Assembly (NCBI RefSeq): GCF_004010195.1
Contig: NC_057719.1
Span: 58,091,823-58,155,822, forward strand
Direction: 5' to 3'
Source: Chiloscyllium plagiosum
Taxonomy: Eukaryota
DNA length: 64,000 nt
Each line of letters begins with the position of its first letter. Position 1 is the first letter of the stretch. The translations under genes were made by a program, and so were the position numbers. Of the stretch, positions 63,780 through 64,000 are shown piece by piece. The notes under the pieces are model-generated. The model was not told the DNA's origin, did no database searches, and saw nothing but the letters and a program-made list of their open reading frames with translations.

Positions 63780-64000
63780 AGGTCCTTGGGATGAATTTTA
63801 CCAAAAAATGGCTAATTGTCAATTTCAGGGAATTTCATGGAGGGACAAGCTGAAAACAAAGCACCTCATTTTCAGCTTGGGAACTTTCTTCTGTACTCAA
63901 TATCAAGTTCAACAAACTTAGTTCTTAAGGCACCCTCTCCCATGTCCTTATCCCAACCCCCATACACTAGGCCTTGTTCACCTGCTCTACCATTACACAC
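63780..64000 (+). mobile_element. Old PLE 3'-end remnant
   Basis: AAGCTGAAAACAAAGCACCTCATTTTCAGCTTGGGAACT..CTCAATATCAAGTTCAACAA (KL...HLIF.LGT..LNI.FN). Confidence 0.6.

Overview
Repeat-dense eukaryotic DNA, almost certainly from a shark or other elasmobranch: it carries HE1-type tRNA SINEs and HER1/CR1-type LINEs. No host gene can be named; only weak candidate exons were found. The window is a nested archive of mobile elements: a near full-length CR1 LINE (5'UTR, zinc-finger/esterase ORF1, APE-RT ORF2) and many truncated CR1 copies, a second CR1-clade LINE, three tRNA-SINE families, a decayed Gmr1-like LTR element (integrase upstream of RT), Harbinger transposase and Myb/SANT fossils, and a probable P-element/THAP9-like fossil. 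The most striking system is Penelope-like (PLE). About ten copies of a terminal module with a minimal hammerhead-ribozyme motif (CTGAnGA-stem II-GAAACGTH) occur here. Seven insertions have 11-15 bp target-site duplications, several have 5' inversions, and four are 101-138 bp mini-elements that start just upstream of the ribozyme core. A CpG-rich coding-like island at about 52.7-53.4 kb is unexplained. All calls were made by eye, boundaries of old elements are approximate, and two N-gaps limit interpretation.
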